DNA from: a plasmid
Strand: one strand, 5' to 3'
Sequence record: NZ_CP024426.1
DNA length: 64,000 bases
Below the pieces are notes generated by a model. The model was not told the DNA's origin. It made no database searches and worked only from the letters and a program-made list of their open reading frames with translations. Positions 48,410-58,616 of this stretch are shown in pieces. The translations under genes and the position numbers were made by a program. Each line of letters starts with the position of its first letter. The first letter of the stretch is position 1.

Positions 48410-50857
48410 ATGGCCGAACTGCCCACCCAAGCCCGCGTCGTCATTATCGGAGGCGGCATTTCCGGCTGTTCCGTCGCCTATCACCTGGCGCAGCTCGGCT
48501 GGACCGACATCCTGCTGCTCGAGCGCAAGCAGCTGACCTCGGGCACCACCTGGCATGCGGCGGGGCTGATCGGTCAGCTGCGCGCCAGCCAGAACATGAC
48601 GCGGCTGGCGAAATATTCCGCCGATCTTTACACCCGGCTTGAGGCGGAAACCGGGCTGGCGACCGGCTTGCGGCAATGCGGCTCGATCACCGTCGCGCTG
48701 ACCGGGGAGCGGCGCGAGGAGATCTTGCGCCAGGCGGCCTTGGCCCGCGCCTTCGGCGTGGACGTGAACGAGCTTTCCCCACGCGAAGTGCTGGCGCTTT
48801 ACCCCCATCTGGAAGTTTCGGACGTGGTGGCGGGCGTCCACCTGCCGCTGGATGGGCAGGCCGATCCGGGCAATATCGCGCTGGCACTGGCCAAGGGCGC
48901 ACGGATGCGCGGGGCCCGCATCGTCGAGCAGGTCAGGGTCACGCGCGTCACCACCGCCAACGGCCGCGTGTCCGGTGTCGACTGGGCATGCGGCAGCGAA
49001 AGCGGCCATATTGCCTGCGAAAACGTGGTGAACTGCGGCGGCATGTGGGGTCGCGATCTGGCCGCCCGGAACGATGTCACCCTGCCGCTGCACGCCTGCG
49101 AGCATTTCTATATCGTCACCGAAACCATTCCCGAACTTGCCCGGCTTCCCGTGCTGCGCGTCCCCGACGAATGCGCCTATTACAAGGAGGACGCGGGCAA
49201 GATCCTGCTGGGTGCGTTCGAACCCAGGGCAAAGCCCTGGGGCATGGCGGGCATCCCCGAGGATTTCTGCTTTGACCAGTTGCCCGAGGATTTCGACCAT
49301 TTCGAACCGATCCTGGAAAAGGCCGTCGCCCGCATGCCGCTGCTGGCGCAGGCGGGGATCCATACCTTCTTCAACGGCCCCGAAAGCTTCACCCCCGATG
49401 ACCGCTATTATCTGGGCGAGGCGCCGGAGCTGAAAGGCTATTGGGTCGCGGCGGGCTATAATTCCATCGGCATCGCGTCCTCGGGCGGGGCGGGCATGGC
49501 GCTGGCGCAGTGGATGGCCGACGGCGAGCCGCCCTTCGACCTGTGGGAGGTCGATATCCGCCGCGCCCAGCCCTTCCAGAAGAACCGCCGCTATCTGAAG
49601 GAACGCGTGACCGAAACGCTGGGCCTGCTTTACGCCGACCATTTCCCCTATCGGCAGATGGCGACGGCGCGCGGCATCCGCCGCTCGCCCCTGCATGGGC
49701 ATCTGAAGGCACGCGGCGCCGTCTTTGGCGAGGTCGCGGGCTGGGAACGGGCCAACTGGTTCGCGCGCGAAGGCCAGCCCCGCGAATACCGCTATTCCTG
49801 GCAGCGCCAGAACTGGTTCGACAACCAGCGCGCCGAGCATATGGCCCTGCGCGAGGGCGTGGGCCTGCTGGACATGTCCAGTTTCGGCAAGATCCGGGTC
49901 GAGGGGCGCGACGCGCTTGCCTTCCTGCAACGGCTTTGCGCAGCCGACATGGCGGTGCCGGCGGGCCGCATCGTCTATACCCAGATGCTGAACGCGCGCG
50001 GCGGCATCGAGTCGGACCTGACCGTGACCCGGCTGTCGGAAACGGCCTTCCTGCTGGTGGTGCCCGGCGCCACCTTGCAGCGGGACCTGGCCTGGCTGCG
50101 CCGGCATCTGGGCGACGAATGGGCGGTCATCACCGACATCACCGCAGCCGAGGCTGTGCTGCCGCTGATGGGCCCGCGCTCGCGCGCGCTTTTGTCGCTG
50201 GTCTCGCCCAACGATTTCTCGAACGCGGCGCATCCCTTCGGCACGGCCCGCGACATCGAGATCGGCATGGGCCTGGCCCGTGCCCATCGCGTGACCTATG
50301 TGGGCGAACTCGGGTGGGAGCTTTACGTCCCGACCGACCAGGCCGCGCATGTGTTCGAGACTCTGGTCGAGGCGGGCGAACAGGGCGGGCTGACGCTATG
50401 CGGTCTGCACGCCATGGATTCATGCCGCATCGAAAAGGCCTATCGCCATTTCGGCCATGACATCACCGACGAGGATCACGTGCTGGAGGCGGGCCTGGGC
50501 TTTGCCGTCAAGACCGGCAAGGGCGATTTCATCGGCCGCGATGCCGTGCTGAGAAAGCGCGACGCGGGGCTGGGGCGCCGCCTGGTCCAGTTCCGGCTGC
50601 GCGACCCTGGACCGCTGCTGTTTCACAACGAACCCATCCTGCGCGATGGCAGGATCGTGAGCCAGCTTACCTCGGGCAATTACGGCCATGCGCTTGGCGC
50701 GGCCATCGGCCTCGGCTATGTGCCCTGCCGCCCGGACGAGACGCCCGAGGAGATGCTGGCCGCCGATTACAGCATCGACGTTGCCGGCCGCATCGTCCCG
50801 GCCGAGGCCAGCCTGTCCCCGCTTTACGATCCCGGGTCGGCCCGCGTACGCGGCTGA
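48410..50857 (+). CDS. Dimethylglycine/sarcosine dehydrogenase-like protein (FAD oxidoreductase fused to GcvT aminomethyltransferase-like folate-binding domain)
   Basis: N-terminal VVIIGGGISGCSVAYHLA FAD motif; DAO domain; C-terminal GcvT-like domain. 815 aa. Confidence 0.8.
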   Translation: MAELPTQARVVIIGGGISGCSVAYHLAQLGWTDILLLERKQLTSGTTWHAAGLIGQLRASQNMTRLAKYSADLYTRLEAETGLATGLRQCGSITVALTGERREEILRQAALARAFGVDVNELSPREVLALYPHLEVSDVVAGVHLPLDGQADPGNIALALAKGARMRGARIVEQVRVTRVTTANGRVSGVDWACGSESGHIACENVVNCGGMWGRDLAARNDVTLPLHACEHFYIVTETIPELARLPVLRVPDECAYYKEDAGKILLGAFEPRAKPWGMAGIPEDFCFDQLPEDFDHFEPILEKAVARMPLLAQAGIHTFFNGPESFTPDDRYYLGEAPELKGYWVAAGYNSIGIASSGGAGMALAQWMADGEPPFDLWEVDIRRAQPFQKNRRYLKERVTETLGLLYADHFPYRQMATARGIRRSPLHGHLKARGAVFGEVAGWERANWFAREGQPREYRYSWQRQNWFDNQRAEHMALREGVGLLDMSSFGKIRVEGRDALAFLQRLCAADMAVPAGRIVYTQMLNARGGIESDLTVTRLSETAFLLVVPGATLQRDLAWLRRHLGDEWAVITDITAAEAVLPLMGPRSRALLSLVSPNDFSNAAHPFGTARDIEIGMGLARAHRVTYVGELGWELYVPTDQAAHVFETLVEAGEQGGLTLCGLHAMDSCRIEKAYRHFGHDITDEDHVLEAGLGFAVKTGKGDFIGRDAVLRKRDAGLGRRLVQFRLRDPGPLLFHNEPILRDGRIVSQLTSGNYGHALGAAIGLGYVPCRPDETPEEMLAADYSIDVAGRIVPAEASLSPLYDPGSARVRG

Positions 50858-50869
50858 TCGGGCTGTTCC

Positions 50870-51718
50870 TTATTCGGAAACGTCCAGCCCCAGGTCCAGC
50901 ACCGGCGCCGAATGGGTCAGCGCCCCGACCGAGATGTAATCCACCCCCGTCGCGGCGACCTCGGCGATGCGGTCCAGCCGCATGTTGCCCGAGGCCTCGG
51001 TGACCAGCCGGCCCGCGACCATGCCGACCGCGTTTCGCAGCGTGGGCGTGTCCATGTTGTCCAGCAGCACGACGTCGGCGCCGCCCTCGTCCAGGGCTTC
51101 GGCCAGCTGGTCCAGCCGGTCGACCTCGATCTCGACCCGGATCATGTGCGAGGCGCGGGCCTTGACCGCCTGCAGGACGGGCCGGATGCCGCCCGCCGCC
51201 GCGATGTGGTTGTCCTTGATCAGGATCGCGTCCGACAGGCTGAAGCGGTGGTTGAAGCCGCCGCCGTGCAGCACGGCCTGCTTTTCGACCAGGCGCAGGC
51301 CCGGGGTGGTCTTGCGCGTGCAGGTGATCCGCGCCTTCGTTCCGGCCGCCTGCGCGACGAAATCCGCCGTCCGGGTCGCGATGCCGCACAGCCTGCCGGC
51401 AAAGTTCAGCGCCACCCGCTCGGCCGACAGGATGGCGGCGGCGTCGCCCGCGACCTCGGCCAGGGTCTGGCCCTTGTCAAAGCGGGTGCCGTCGGGAACC
51501 AGGATCTGCAAGGCCAGCGCCGGATCGACCAGCCGGAAGGCGATGGCCGCAAGCTGCATCCCCGAAGCGACGCCCGCCTCGCGCGCGACGATCCGGGCGG
51601 CATAGCGGGTGCCGGGCGCAATGACCGTGCGCGTGGTCAGGTCGCCATAGGTGCCCAGGTCCTCGAGCAGGGCGGCGCGGACCAGGGGCTCAAGGATCAT
51701 GTCGGGGAACGGGGTCAT
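50870..51718 (-). CDS. nadC: Nicotinate-nucleotide diphosphorylase (carboxylating)
   Basis: A 282-aa QPRTase. Start overlaps the nadB stop. Confidence 0.85.
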   Translation of the reverse strand: MTPFPDMILEPLVRAALLEDLGTYGDLTTRTVIAPGTRYAARIVAREAGVASGMQLAAIAFRLVDPALALQILVPDGTRFDKGQTLAEVAGDAAAILSAERVALNFAGRLCGIATRTADFVAQAAGTKARITCTRKTTPGLRLVEKQAVLHGGGFNHRFSLSDAILIKDNHIAAAGGIRPVLQAVKARASHMIRVEIEVDRLDQLAEALDEGGADVVLLDNMDTPTLRNAVGMVAGRLVTEASGNMRLDRIAEVAATGVDYISVGALTHSAPVLDLGLDVSE

Positions 51719-53259
51719 GCGGTTTCCTTCTGGCTGGCACGGGCCTCGGCCAGGGTCATGCGGCTGCGCCGGCCGGCGGGATGGGTGTCGGGATGATCGC
51801 TGCGGCAATGCGCGCCGCGGCTTTCGCGCCGGGCAAGGGCGGCGGCGCAGATCAGCGTCGCAGTGGCGGTCATGTTGCCCAGGGGCGCGCAATCGGGCTG
51901 GGCTGCCTCGATGGCCGCGATCTCGTGCAGGCAGGCGGCAAGCCCTGCCGCGTCGCGCACGACGCCCGCCCCCGCCGTCATCGCCTGGCGCAGGCGCCGG
52001 ACCAGCGCCGGGTCGGGCGGCGGGGCATCGGCCAGTTCGGGCAGGACAACCCGGGCGTGGTCCCCCGCCGCGACCTCGGCCCCGATCGACGCCGCCGCGC
52101 GCGCCGCAAAGACCAGCGCCTCGAGCAGCCCGTTCGAGGCAAGGCGGTTCGCGCCGTGCAGCCCGGTCGACGCCGCCTCGCCGCAGACCCACAGACCGGG
52201 CAGGCTGCTGCGCCCGTCGCGATCGCTTTCGACCCCGCCCATGTGGTAATGCGCCGCGGCGGCGACCGGGATCGGCGCGCGGGTGGGGTCGATCCCCGCC
52301 CGGGCACAGGCAGCTGCCACCGCCGGGAATTCCGTCAGGATCCGCGGCCCCAGGCAATGCCGGGTGTCAAGCGCCGGCCGCAGCCCCGCCTGCGCCTGCA
52401 GATAGACGGCACGGGCCACCACGTCGCGCGGCGCAAGCTCGGCATCGGGGTGCACGGCCAGCATGAAGCGCACGCCCTGAGCATTGACCAGATGCGCGCC
52501 CTCGCCCCGCAGGGCTTCGGTCGCCAGGGGCGCGGGGTCCAGGCCCACGTCCATCGCGGTCGGGTGGAACTGCACGAATTCGGCATCGGCAATCACCGCG
52601 CCTGCCCGGGCGGCCATGCCGACCGCCTGGCCTGCGATGCGGGGCGGATTCGTCGTCAGCGCGTAAAGCCCGCCGACGCCGCCGGCCGCCAGCAGCACCG
52701 CCGGCGCGTGCAGCACGACCTGGGCCGAGGCCGGGGTCCGCATCAGCCGGACGCCGATGACGCGGCCCGCGCGCGTTTCCAGCCCCGTGGCCATCGCCCC
52801 TTCCAGCACCTGGACCGAGGGCGCACGCCGCACCGCCGCCACCAGCACCCGCATGATTTCCGCCCCTGCGCTGTCGCCCCCGACCCGGACCACGCGGGAC
52901 GCGGAATGCGCGGCCTCGCGCGACAGCACATAGGCCCCGGTTTCCGTGCGGTCGAAGGGCGCGCCAAGGGCCGTCAGGTCGCGGATGTGGTCGGGCGCGG
53001 CCCCCGTCACCAGCCGCGCCACCTCGGCCTCGACCAGGCCGGCACCGGCGCGCAGCGTGTCCGCGGCATGGGCCTCGGGGCTGTCGGCGGGGTCCATCGC
53101 CGCCGCCACCCCGCCCTGCGCCCAGGCCGAGCTGGCCCCTTGCCCCAGGGGATCGGGCGAGACGACCAGCACCGGGCGCGGCGCCAGGCGCAGCGCGGCC
53201 GACAGCGCCGCAAGCCCCGCGCCCAGGATGACGATGCGCCCGGTGGCAAGCGCCGTCAT
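51715..53259 (-). CDS. nadB: L-aspartate oxidase
   Basis: FAD motif VILGAGLAALSAAL; succinate dehydrogenase/fumarate reductase flavoprotein fold. Start trimmed to MTALATGRIV. Confidence 0.85.
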   Translation of the reverse strand: MTALATGRIVILGAGLAALSAALRLAPRPVLVVSPDPLGQGASSAWAQGGVAAAMDPADSPEAHAADTLRAGAGLVEAEVARLVTGAAPDHIRDLTALGAPFDRTETGAYVLSREAAHSASRVVRVGGDSAGAEIMRVLVAAVRRAPSVQVLEGAMATGLETRAGRVIGVRLMRTPASAQVVLHAPAVLLAAGGVGGLYALTTNPPRIAGQAVGMAARAGAVIADAEFVQFHPTAMDVGLDPAPLATEALRGEGAHLVNAQGVRFMLAVHPDAELAPRDVVARAVYLQAQAGLRPALDTRHCLGPRILTEFPAVAAACARAGIDPTRAPIPVAAAAHYHMGGVESDRDGRSSLPGLWVCGEAASTGLHGANRLASNGLLEALVFAARAAASIGAEVAAGDHARVVLPELADAPPPDPALVRRLRQAMTAGAGVVRDAAGLAACLHEIAAIEAAQPDCAPLGNMTATATLICAAALARRESRGAHCRSDHPDTHPAGRRSRMTLAEARASQKETA

Positions 53260-54308
53260 CCCGCCAGCCTGCGCGACAGGTCGATCATGCGCTGCACGGC
53301 ACGGCGGGCCGGTTCGGCGACGCCTGGGTCGACCTCGACCACGCCGGTCATGGAATGCAGCGACCACAGCACCTTTTCCAGCGTGATCTTCTGCATATAG
53401 GGGCACATGTTGCAGGGGCCCAGAAACTCGACCTCCGGGTTCGCGTCCGAGATGTTCGAGGCCATGGAACATTCCGTCACCAGCATGACCTGCTTGGGCT
53501 GCTCGGCCGTCACCCAATCCTGGATATTCGCGGTCGAGCCGGCGTAATCCGCCTCGGCCACCACCTCGGGCGGGCATTCGGGATGGGCGATGATCTTCAG
53601 CCCCGGGTTCCAGTCGCGGAAGTCGCGCAGGTCCTGGGCCGTGAACTGTTCATGCACGATGCAGGCGCCGTCCCACCAGACCACGCGCTTGTGCGGCACC
53701 TTCAGCGCCACGTTCTGCGCCAGCCATTTGTCGGGCGTCATGATGACGGTATCGCTCTCCATCGCCGAAACGATCTGCACCGCGTTGGCGCTGGTGCAGC
53801 AGATGTCGGACGCAGCCTTCACCTCGGCGGTGGTGTTGACATAGCTGACCACCGGCGCGCCCGGATAGCGCGCGCGCATCTCGGCGATGCCTGCGGCGGT
53901 GATGCTTTCGGCCAATGAACAGCCCGCCTCCATGTCCGGCATCAGCACGGTCTTTTGCGGGTTCAGGATCTTCGAGGTCTCGGCCATGAAATGCACGCCG
54001 CATTGCACGATCACATCGGCCTCGACCTCGGTCGCCTTGATCGCCAGGTGCAGGCTGTCGCCCACCACGTCGGAAATCCCGTGATAGATCTGCGGCGTCA
54101 TGTAGTTATGCGCCAGCACGACGGCGTTGCGCTGCCTTTTCAGCTCGTTGATGGCGCGGACATAGGGCGCGTGAATGGCCCAGTCGACCATCGGCATCAC
54201 CCGGCCCATGCGAGCGTGGATGTCCGACATCGCTTCGGCCAGCGCCAGCGAGGGTTCCAGGTCGTAATGCGCGCGCAGCGTGCCGCGAATGTCGGTCAGG
54301 TCCAGCAT
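53256..54308 (-). CDS. nadA: Quinolinate synthase
   Basis: NadA motifs (VLAHNYM, CSLAESI, CTSANA) with the three conserved Cys. Start MLDLTDIRG. Confidence 0.85.
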   Translation of the reverse strand: MLDLTDIRGTLRAHYDLEPSLALAEAMSDIHARMGRVMPMVDWAIHAPYVRAINELKRQRNAVVLAHNYMTPQIYHGISDVVGDSLHLAIKATEVEADVIVQCGVHFMAETSKILNPQKTVLMPDMEAGCSLAESITAAGIAEMRARYPGAPVVSYVNTTAEVKAASDICCTSANAVQIVSAMESDTVIMTPDKWLAQNVALKVPHKRVVWWDGACIVHEQFTAQDLRDFRDWNPGLKIIAHPECPPEVVAEADYAGSTANIQDWVTAEQPKQVMLVTECSMASNISDANPEVEFLGPCNMCPYMQKITLEKVLWSLHSMTGVVEVDPGVAEPARRAVQRMIDLSRRLAG

Positions 54309-54490
54309 GGCCTTCGTGCCCCCCGCTCTGCTAGAACAAAGCCGCACCCCGGACCCCGGCGGCGCGCGCTGGCTATGCTCTGTAAGGATGACGCAACGTC
54401 AAGGCAACAAGGGATTGCTGCTGCTGCGACAAGGGCGCCAAGGGCCGGACGGCAAGCCCCTGCCACGTTGAAAAAACCCGGCGGGAAAAT

Positions 54491-54542
54491 CCATTCAGGA
54501 AGGACGTTTCCTTCAAGGCAGAGGCAAGACAATCCTGAATGG
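54491..54542. promoter_or_regulatory. Nested inverted-repeat element (outer CCATTCAGGA/TCCTGAATGG; inner GAAGGA-cgtt-TCCTTC) in the 520-bp low-GC nadA/peroxidase divergent intergenic region
   Basis: A perfect 10-bp outer IR and a 6-bp inner hairpin seen directly in the sequence. Function unknown; could be an operator or an RNA structure. Confidence 0.3.
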
Positions 54543-54826
54543 TTGCAGCCCCGTGCCATAATGCAACTGCGGGCCACCGTTCCAAAAAATCCTTTTGAAA
54601 TGAAACTGCAAATCCGGCGGGTCTGGCCCATCCGATGATATTCTTGGCTCAAGGGCCCCTTTCGTGATATTTTCCGGAAATCTGAAACGACTCGCGCCGG
54701 CCATTTCCCGCGGCGCGGGATTATACTTCGCCCAAGACATTTTCCATAAAGACAGGCAACGCCGCATGGCGGATTTCTTCGCCACGGCATCCCCATAGTT
54801 CGATGACCAGTTGACGGAGTATTGTC

Positions 54827-56623
54827 ATGCTCTTTTCGCTTAGCCACGGGATGCATGTCGTCCAGGACAGCGCCCCCCTTCAGCCAATCGCCGCCGACAG
54901 CACACGTTCGCGCGGCGCGACCGCAGTCGAAGCCGCCCAGACCGAGGCCGGGGTCATCCCGATCGACGCCGTGGTGGACGAAGCCCGGGGGACGACCCGG
55001 GGCCTTGCCCTGGAACGGGCCATGCGCTCGGCCACGGCGCCCGGAGCCTTTCGCTATCTGTTCCGCAACGCGGCCGGGATACCGACCGGCCCGCAGGCGC
55101 TGGCCGCGCTGGATGCCCTGGCCGACAGCATGGCGACCGAGGCGCCCGGCCCCTCGGAAAGCGCGCTGCCCCCGATCCTGACCTATTTCGGGCAGTTCAT
55201 CGACCACGACATCACCGCCAATACCGACCGCGAGGTCGTCGGCCTGTCCGAAATTGCGGGCGACATCCACCCCATGGACCGCGGCACGGTCGAGGCGGGC
55301 CTGGGCAACCTGCGCGAGGGGTCGCTGGGACTGGACAGCCTTTATGGCGACAAGCCCGGCCAGGGGCCCTTTGCCACCAAGCTGGCGCGGCTGATGCGGC
55401 ACCCGACCCTGACCGACAAGATGCGGCTGGGGATGACGGCCGATTCCGGCGGCGGCCGCCCGCCGCTGCCCGCCGACCCCGCCGCCGACCTGCTGCGGCT
55501 GGGCTTTCTGCTGGATCGTGGCGAGATCACCGAGGCCGAGCTGAACGCGCTCGATCCTGCGTTGCGGGCGAACTTCGTGGATAGCGCGGGGCCGATCCGC
55601 ACCCGCGCCATCATCGGCGACGGGCGCAACGACGAAAACCTGCTGGTCGCCCAGTTGCATGTCGCCTTCCTGCGGCTGCACAACTGTTTCGTGGACGTGC
55701 TGGGCGATTTCGACTCCGCGCGTCAAGCGACGCGCTTTCATTACCAATGGCTGGTTCTGCACCAGTATCTGCCGGCGATCTGCGCGGGCAACGTGCTGGA
55801 CGAGGTGCTGGCCACGGGCGCGCCGCTTTATGCCGAGTTCCACGACGCGAACCGGCCCGCCGACCCCGACCAGCTGCCGATGCCGCTGGAGTTTTCGGTC
55901 GCGGGCTTCCGCTTTGGCCATTCGATGGTGCGCGGGGCCTATGACCACAACCGCTTCTTCGGCACGGCCGTCGCGGGCTCGACCCAACTGACCCCGTTCG
56001 CGACCTTCCAGCAGCTGTTCGAGTTCACCGGCAACGGGCGCATGCCCTCGCCGCTGACCGCCGATCCCAAGACCGCGCTGCCGGGGAACTGGGTGATCGA
56101 ATGGGAACGCTTCGTCCATGCCGAAAGCCCGGCCCATTCCGCGCGCAAGATCGACACCCATCTGGCCCCGCCGCTGGCGGACCTGCTGAACGAACCCGCC
56201 AATCCCGCCGTCATGAAGCGGCTGGCGCAGCGCAACCTGCGGCGCGGCTATCGGCTGAACCTGCCCTCGGCCCAGGCCATGGCCGAGGCGATCAATGCGA
56301 CGGGGCTCTACCGCCCGATCCCGATCCTGACGCCCGAGCAGGTGCGCGAGGGGCGCGAGTTCCTGCAGGCGCCTGGCCTGGACGCCGCGACCCCGGCCTG
56401 GTTCTATGTCCTGCGCGAGGCCGAGCTGACGGGCGGCAACCATCTGGGTCCTCTGGGCAGCCATCTGGTCGCCAACACGCTGGTCGGGCTGGTGGTGCAC
56501 GATGCCTCGTCCTATTGGAACGCCCGGATCGGCGGGCACCGCTGGTCGCCCAGCCTGTTCCGCCCGGCCGAGCCCATCGACAGCCTCAAGGCCATGCTGC
56601 GCTTCGTGGGCCTGCTGGTCTAG
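54827..56623 (+). CDS. Animal haem peroxidase (peroxidase-cyclooxygenase superfamily) family protein
   Basis: Distal-His motif TYFGQFIDHDI; RNDENLLVAQLHVAFLRLHN; proximal-His region FRFGHSMV. GGAG 8 nt upstream of the ATG. No signal peptide obvious. Confidence 0.8.
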   Translation: MLFSLSHGMHVVQDSAPLQPIAADSTRSRGATAVEAAQTEAGVIPIDAVVDEARGTTRGLALERAMRSATAPGAFRYLFRNAAGIPTGPQALAALDALADSMATEAPGPSESALPPILTYFGQFIDHDITANTDREVVGLSEIAGDIHPMDRGTVEAGLGNLREGSLGLDSLYGDKPGQGPFATKLARLMRHPTLTDKMRLGMTADSGGGRPPLPADPAADLLRLGFLLDRGEITEAELNALDPALRANFVDSAGPIRTRAIIGDGRNDENLLVAQLHVAFLRLHNCFVDVLGDFDSARQATRFHYQWLVLHQYLPAICAGNVLDEVLATGAPLYAEFHDANRPADPDQLPMPLEFSVAGFRFGHSMVRGAYDHNRFFGTAVAGSTQLTPFATFQQLFEFTGNGRMPSPLTADPKTALPGNWVIEWERFVHAESPAHSARKIDTHLAPPLADLLNEPANPAVMKRLAQRNLRRGYRLNLPSAQAMAEAINATGLYRPIPILTPEQVREGREFLQAPGLDAATPAWFYVLREAELTGGNHLGPLGSHLVANTLVGLVVHDASSYWNARIGGHRWSPSLFRPAEPIDSLKAMLRFVGLLV

Positions 56624-56656
56624 TCGCCTGGGGGCGGCGCTGGTCCGTGCCGCCCT

Positions 56657-57673
56657 TCAGCCAAGCCCGCGCAGGATTTCGTCCGTCTGCGGCATGCGCG
56701 CCAGGCTTGCCCCGATCCGGGCCCGCCAGCGCGGGCCCCGCGACAGGGCATCGCGATAGGCGTCGCGCAGGTCCTCGGGCCGGTCCTCGGCCAGGACCTG
56801 GACCAGAAAGGCAGCCTGGCCTCGGTCCTTGCGCGCCTTGGCCTGGTCGGGCCCGCCGCGCCTGCGGTCGGCCACGATCAGCTTGTGGATGGCAAAGCGT
56901 TCGGGCCGGGGGATCTGCACCAGCACCCCCGAGCGGTACAGGGCGACCGCCGGGATCGGCTCGGCGATCAGGAAGTTCAGATAGTTCAGCGCCTGCGCGC
57001 TGACCCCCAGCGCCGGCAGCGGCTTGACCTGTTCCTGGCCAAAGGCGGGGGTCAGGAACTCGACCATCGCCTCGCCCCGGCCCTGGCGCCATTTCCAGAC
57101 CTGGCGGTCGCCCACGCCCGGCACCGGGTCGAACTTCAGCGCGCGCAGGATGTCGTCCGGGGTCTCCTCGACCCGGTCGTCCAGCGCGACCGACAGCCGA
57201 TGAAAGCTCGCCAGGTCGATGTCCCCGGTCCGAGCCAGCTCCTCGGTGTCGAAGCGCACGCCCAGTTCGCCCTGATACAGCGCATAGGCCGCCGTTCCGA
57301 CCAGCGTGCCGCCCAGCCGGAACACCCCCGCCCGGGCAAAGGCCAGCAGCATCGAGCCGGTGTCGCGGTCCGTGGCGATCATGCCCTCGGCCCGCAGGAT
57401 GCGCGCCAGCCGCGCCATCCGGTCGCGGCGCGCATCCGCATCGGCCCGCAGGGCAGCAGCGCGGGCCAGACGCTCGCGCAGTTCGGGCGTGCCCTCGCCC
57501 AGATAGCGGCTTTTCATCTCGGACCCCAGGCGAAAACGGTCATAAAGATAGGTCCGGCCGTTCCTGTGCCGCTCCTCGACGCTGCCCAGAAGCGCAGAGG
57601 CCCCCTCGTCCAGATGCAACCGCAGCAGGTCCTGATAGGCGACCTGCGCGGTGCGGGAATGCGACACGGGCAT
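56657..57673 (-). CDS. GSU2403-family nucleotidyltransferase-fold protein
   Basis: Motifs AYQDLLRLHLDE and FARAGVFRLGGTLVGTAAYALY resemble this family as I recall it. The assignment is from memory and not verified. Confidence 0.5.
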   Translation of the reverse strand: MPVSHSRTAQVAYQDLLRLHLDEGASALLGSVEERHRNGRTYLYDRFRLGSEMKSRYLGEGTPELRERLARAAALRADADARRDRMARLARILRAEGMIATDRDTGSMLLAFARAGVFRLGGTLVGTAAYALYQGELGVRFDTEELARTGDIDLASFHRLSVALDDRVEETPDDILRALKFDPVPGVGDRQVWKWRQGRGEAMVEFLTPAFGQEQVKPLPALGVSAQALNYLNFLIAEPIPAVALYRSGVLVQIPRPERFAIHKLIVADRRRGGPDQAKARKDRGQAAFLVQVLAEDRPEDLRDAYRDALSRGPRWRARIGASLARMPQTDEILRGLG

Positions 57674-57775
57674 TACCTGCGCCCCCGGTGTGGATCAAAT
57701 TTATTTCTGCTGCACATGAATTATGGGTATCGAAATATTTCATGCTGCACAACAGCTCCGACAGGATGGCCGGCC

Positions 57776-58378
57776 CTAGACGATATTGCGGCGACGCGCG
57801 ACCTGGATCGCCTCGGGGATGGTGGGGGCGCCCAGCCGGCTGCGCACCGAGGTCAGGCGGGCCCGCAGCGCGCCCGTCGAGATGCCCAGCATATGCGCGG
57901 CAATCGCATAGGGCTTGCCCGCGGCGACCAGCCGCAGCGCCTGCAATTCGCGAAAGGTGATCGACTGCGGCAGGTTGCGGGTGTGCAGCCGCTGCACGGC
58001 ATCCTGCAGCCATTCGATCTCGTCGCGCGCGAAGGGCCGGTCCGGCCGCGCAAAGCCCGCAAGGGTGCGCGCCTTGATCTCTCCCGTTCCGATGATCAGG
58101 CCGTGCTTCAGGCCGTGGGCCGCCGCATCGGCAAAGATCCCCGCGGTATCCAGATGGGCCAGCGCGCTCCACCGTGCGGCGCCGTTGTTGGCAAAGCCCC
58201 AGGCGATGGTCGGGTCGCGCAGCCGATAGGACATGGCGGCATACCGCTCCTGCCATTCGGGGGGATAGGTGTTGAACACCAGATCCGCCTTGGACTGGCG
58301 GATCCGGATTCCCATGTAATACCCGGCCGGGGCCAGCGCCCTGATGATTTCCCGGTCCTTATCCGCACTGAACGCCAC
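57776..58378 (-). CDS. LuxR-family transcriptional regulator with autoinducer-binding domain (LuxR solo)
   Basis: C-terminal GerE/LuxR HTH (FRELQALRLVAAGKPYAIAAHMLGISTGALRARLTSVRSRLG) and an N-terminal autoinducer-binding-like domain (GYYMGIRI...W). Start uncertain: GTG at 58378 was chosen, and TTG candidates up to 58540 give an Arg-rich extension. Confidence 0.65.
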   Translation of the reverse strand: MAFSADKDREIIRALAPAGYYMGIRIRQSKADLVFNTYPPEWQERYAAMSYRLRDPTIAWGFANNGAARWSALAHLDTAGIFADAAAHGLKHGLIIGTGEIKARTLAGFARPDRPFARDEIEWLQDAVQRLHTRNLPQSITFRELQALRLVAAGKPYAIAAHMLGISTGALRARLTSVRSRLGAPTIPEAIQVARRRNIV

Positions 58379-58616
58379 CGCAGGTCCTCGCCAGACATCA
58401 TTCCTTGCGGCTTGCTGGCCCCGATGCGGGGCCAAGCGCCGGAATCGGCGCTGCGATACCAAAGCTTCCCGCCCAGGGCCACGGGCAACCTGCGGCTGTG
58501 CAGGTCCGCGTGCCCGGCCGGCCACAGCCCGACGCCGCAACCGCCCGCAGCTTGCCCGCGCCCGCTTTCCTGCCTAGAGCTTGACCCTGGAAACGCCAAA
58601 TTGCGGGAGCATCGCG

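Noticed and set aside
57776-58540. Full 254-aa LuxR ORF starting at the TTG at 58540
   Set aside because: Its N-terminal 50 residues are Arg/Gly/Pro-rich and overlap the promoter region of the divergent gene. A shorter start (GTG 58378 or an intermediate TTG) is more plausible, and the start remains uncertain.
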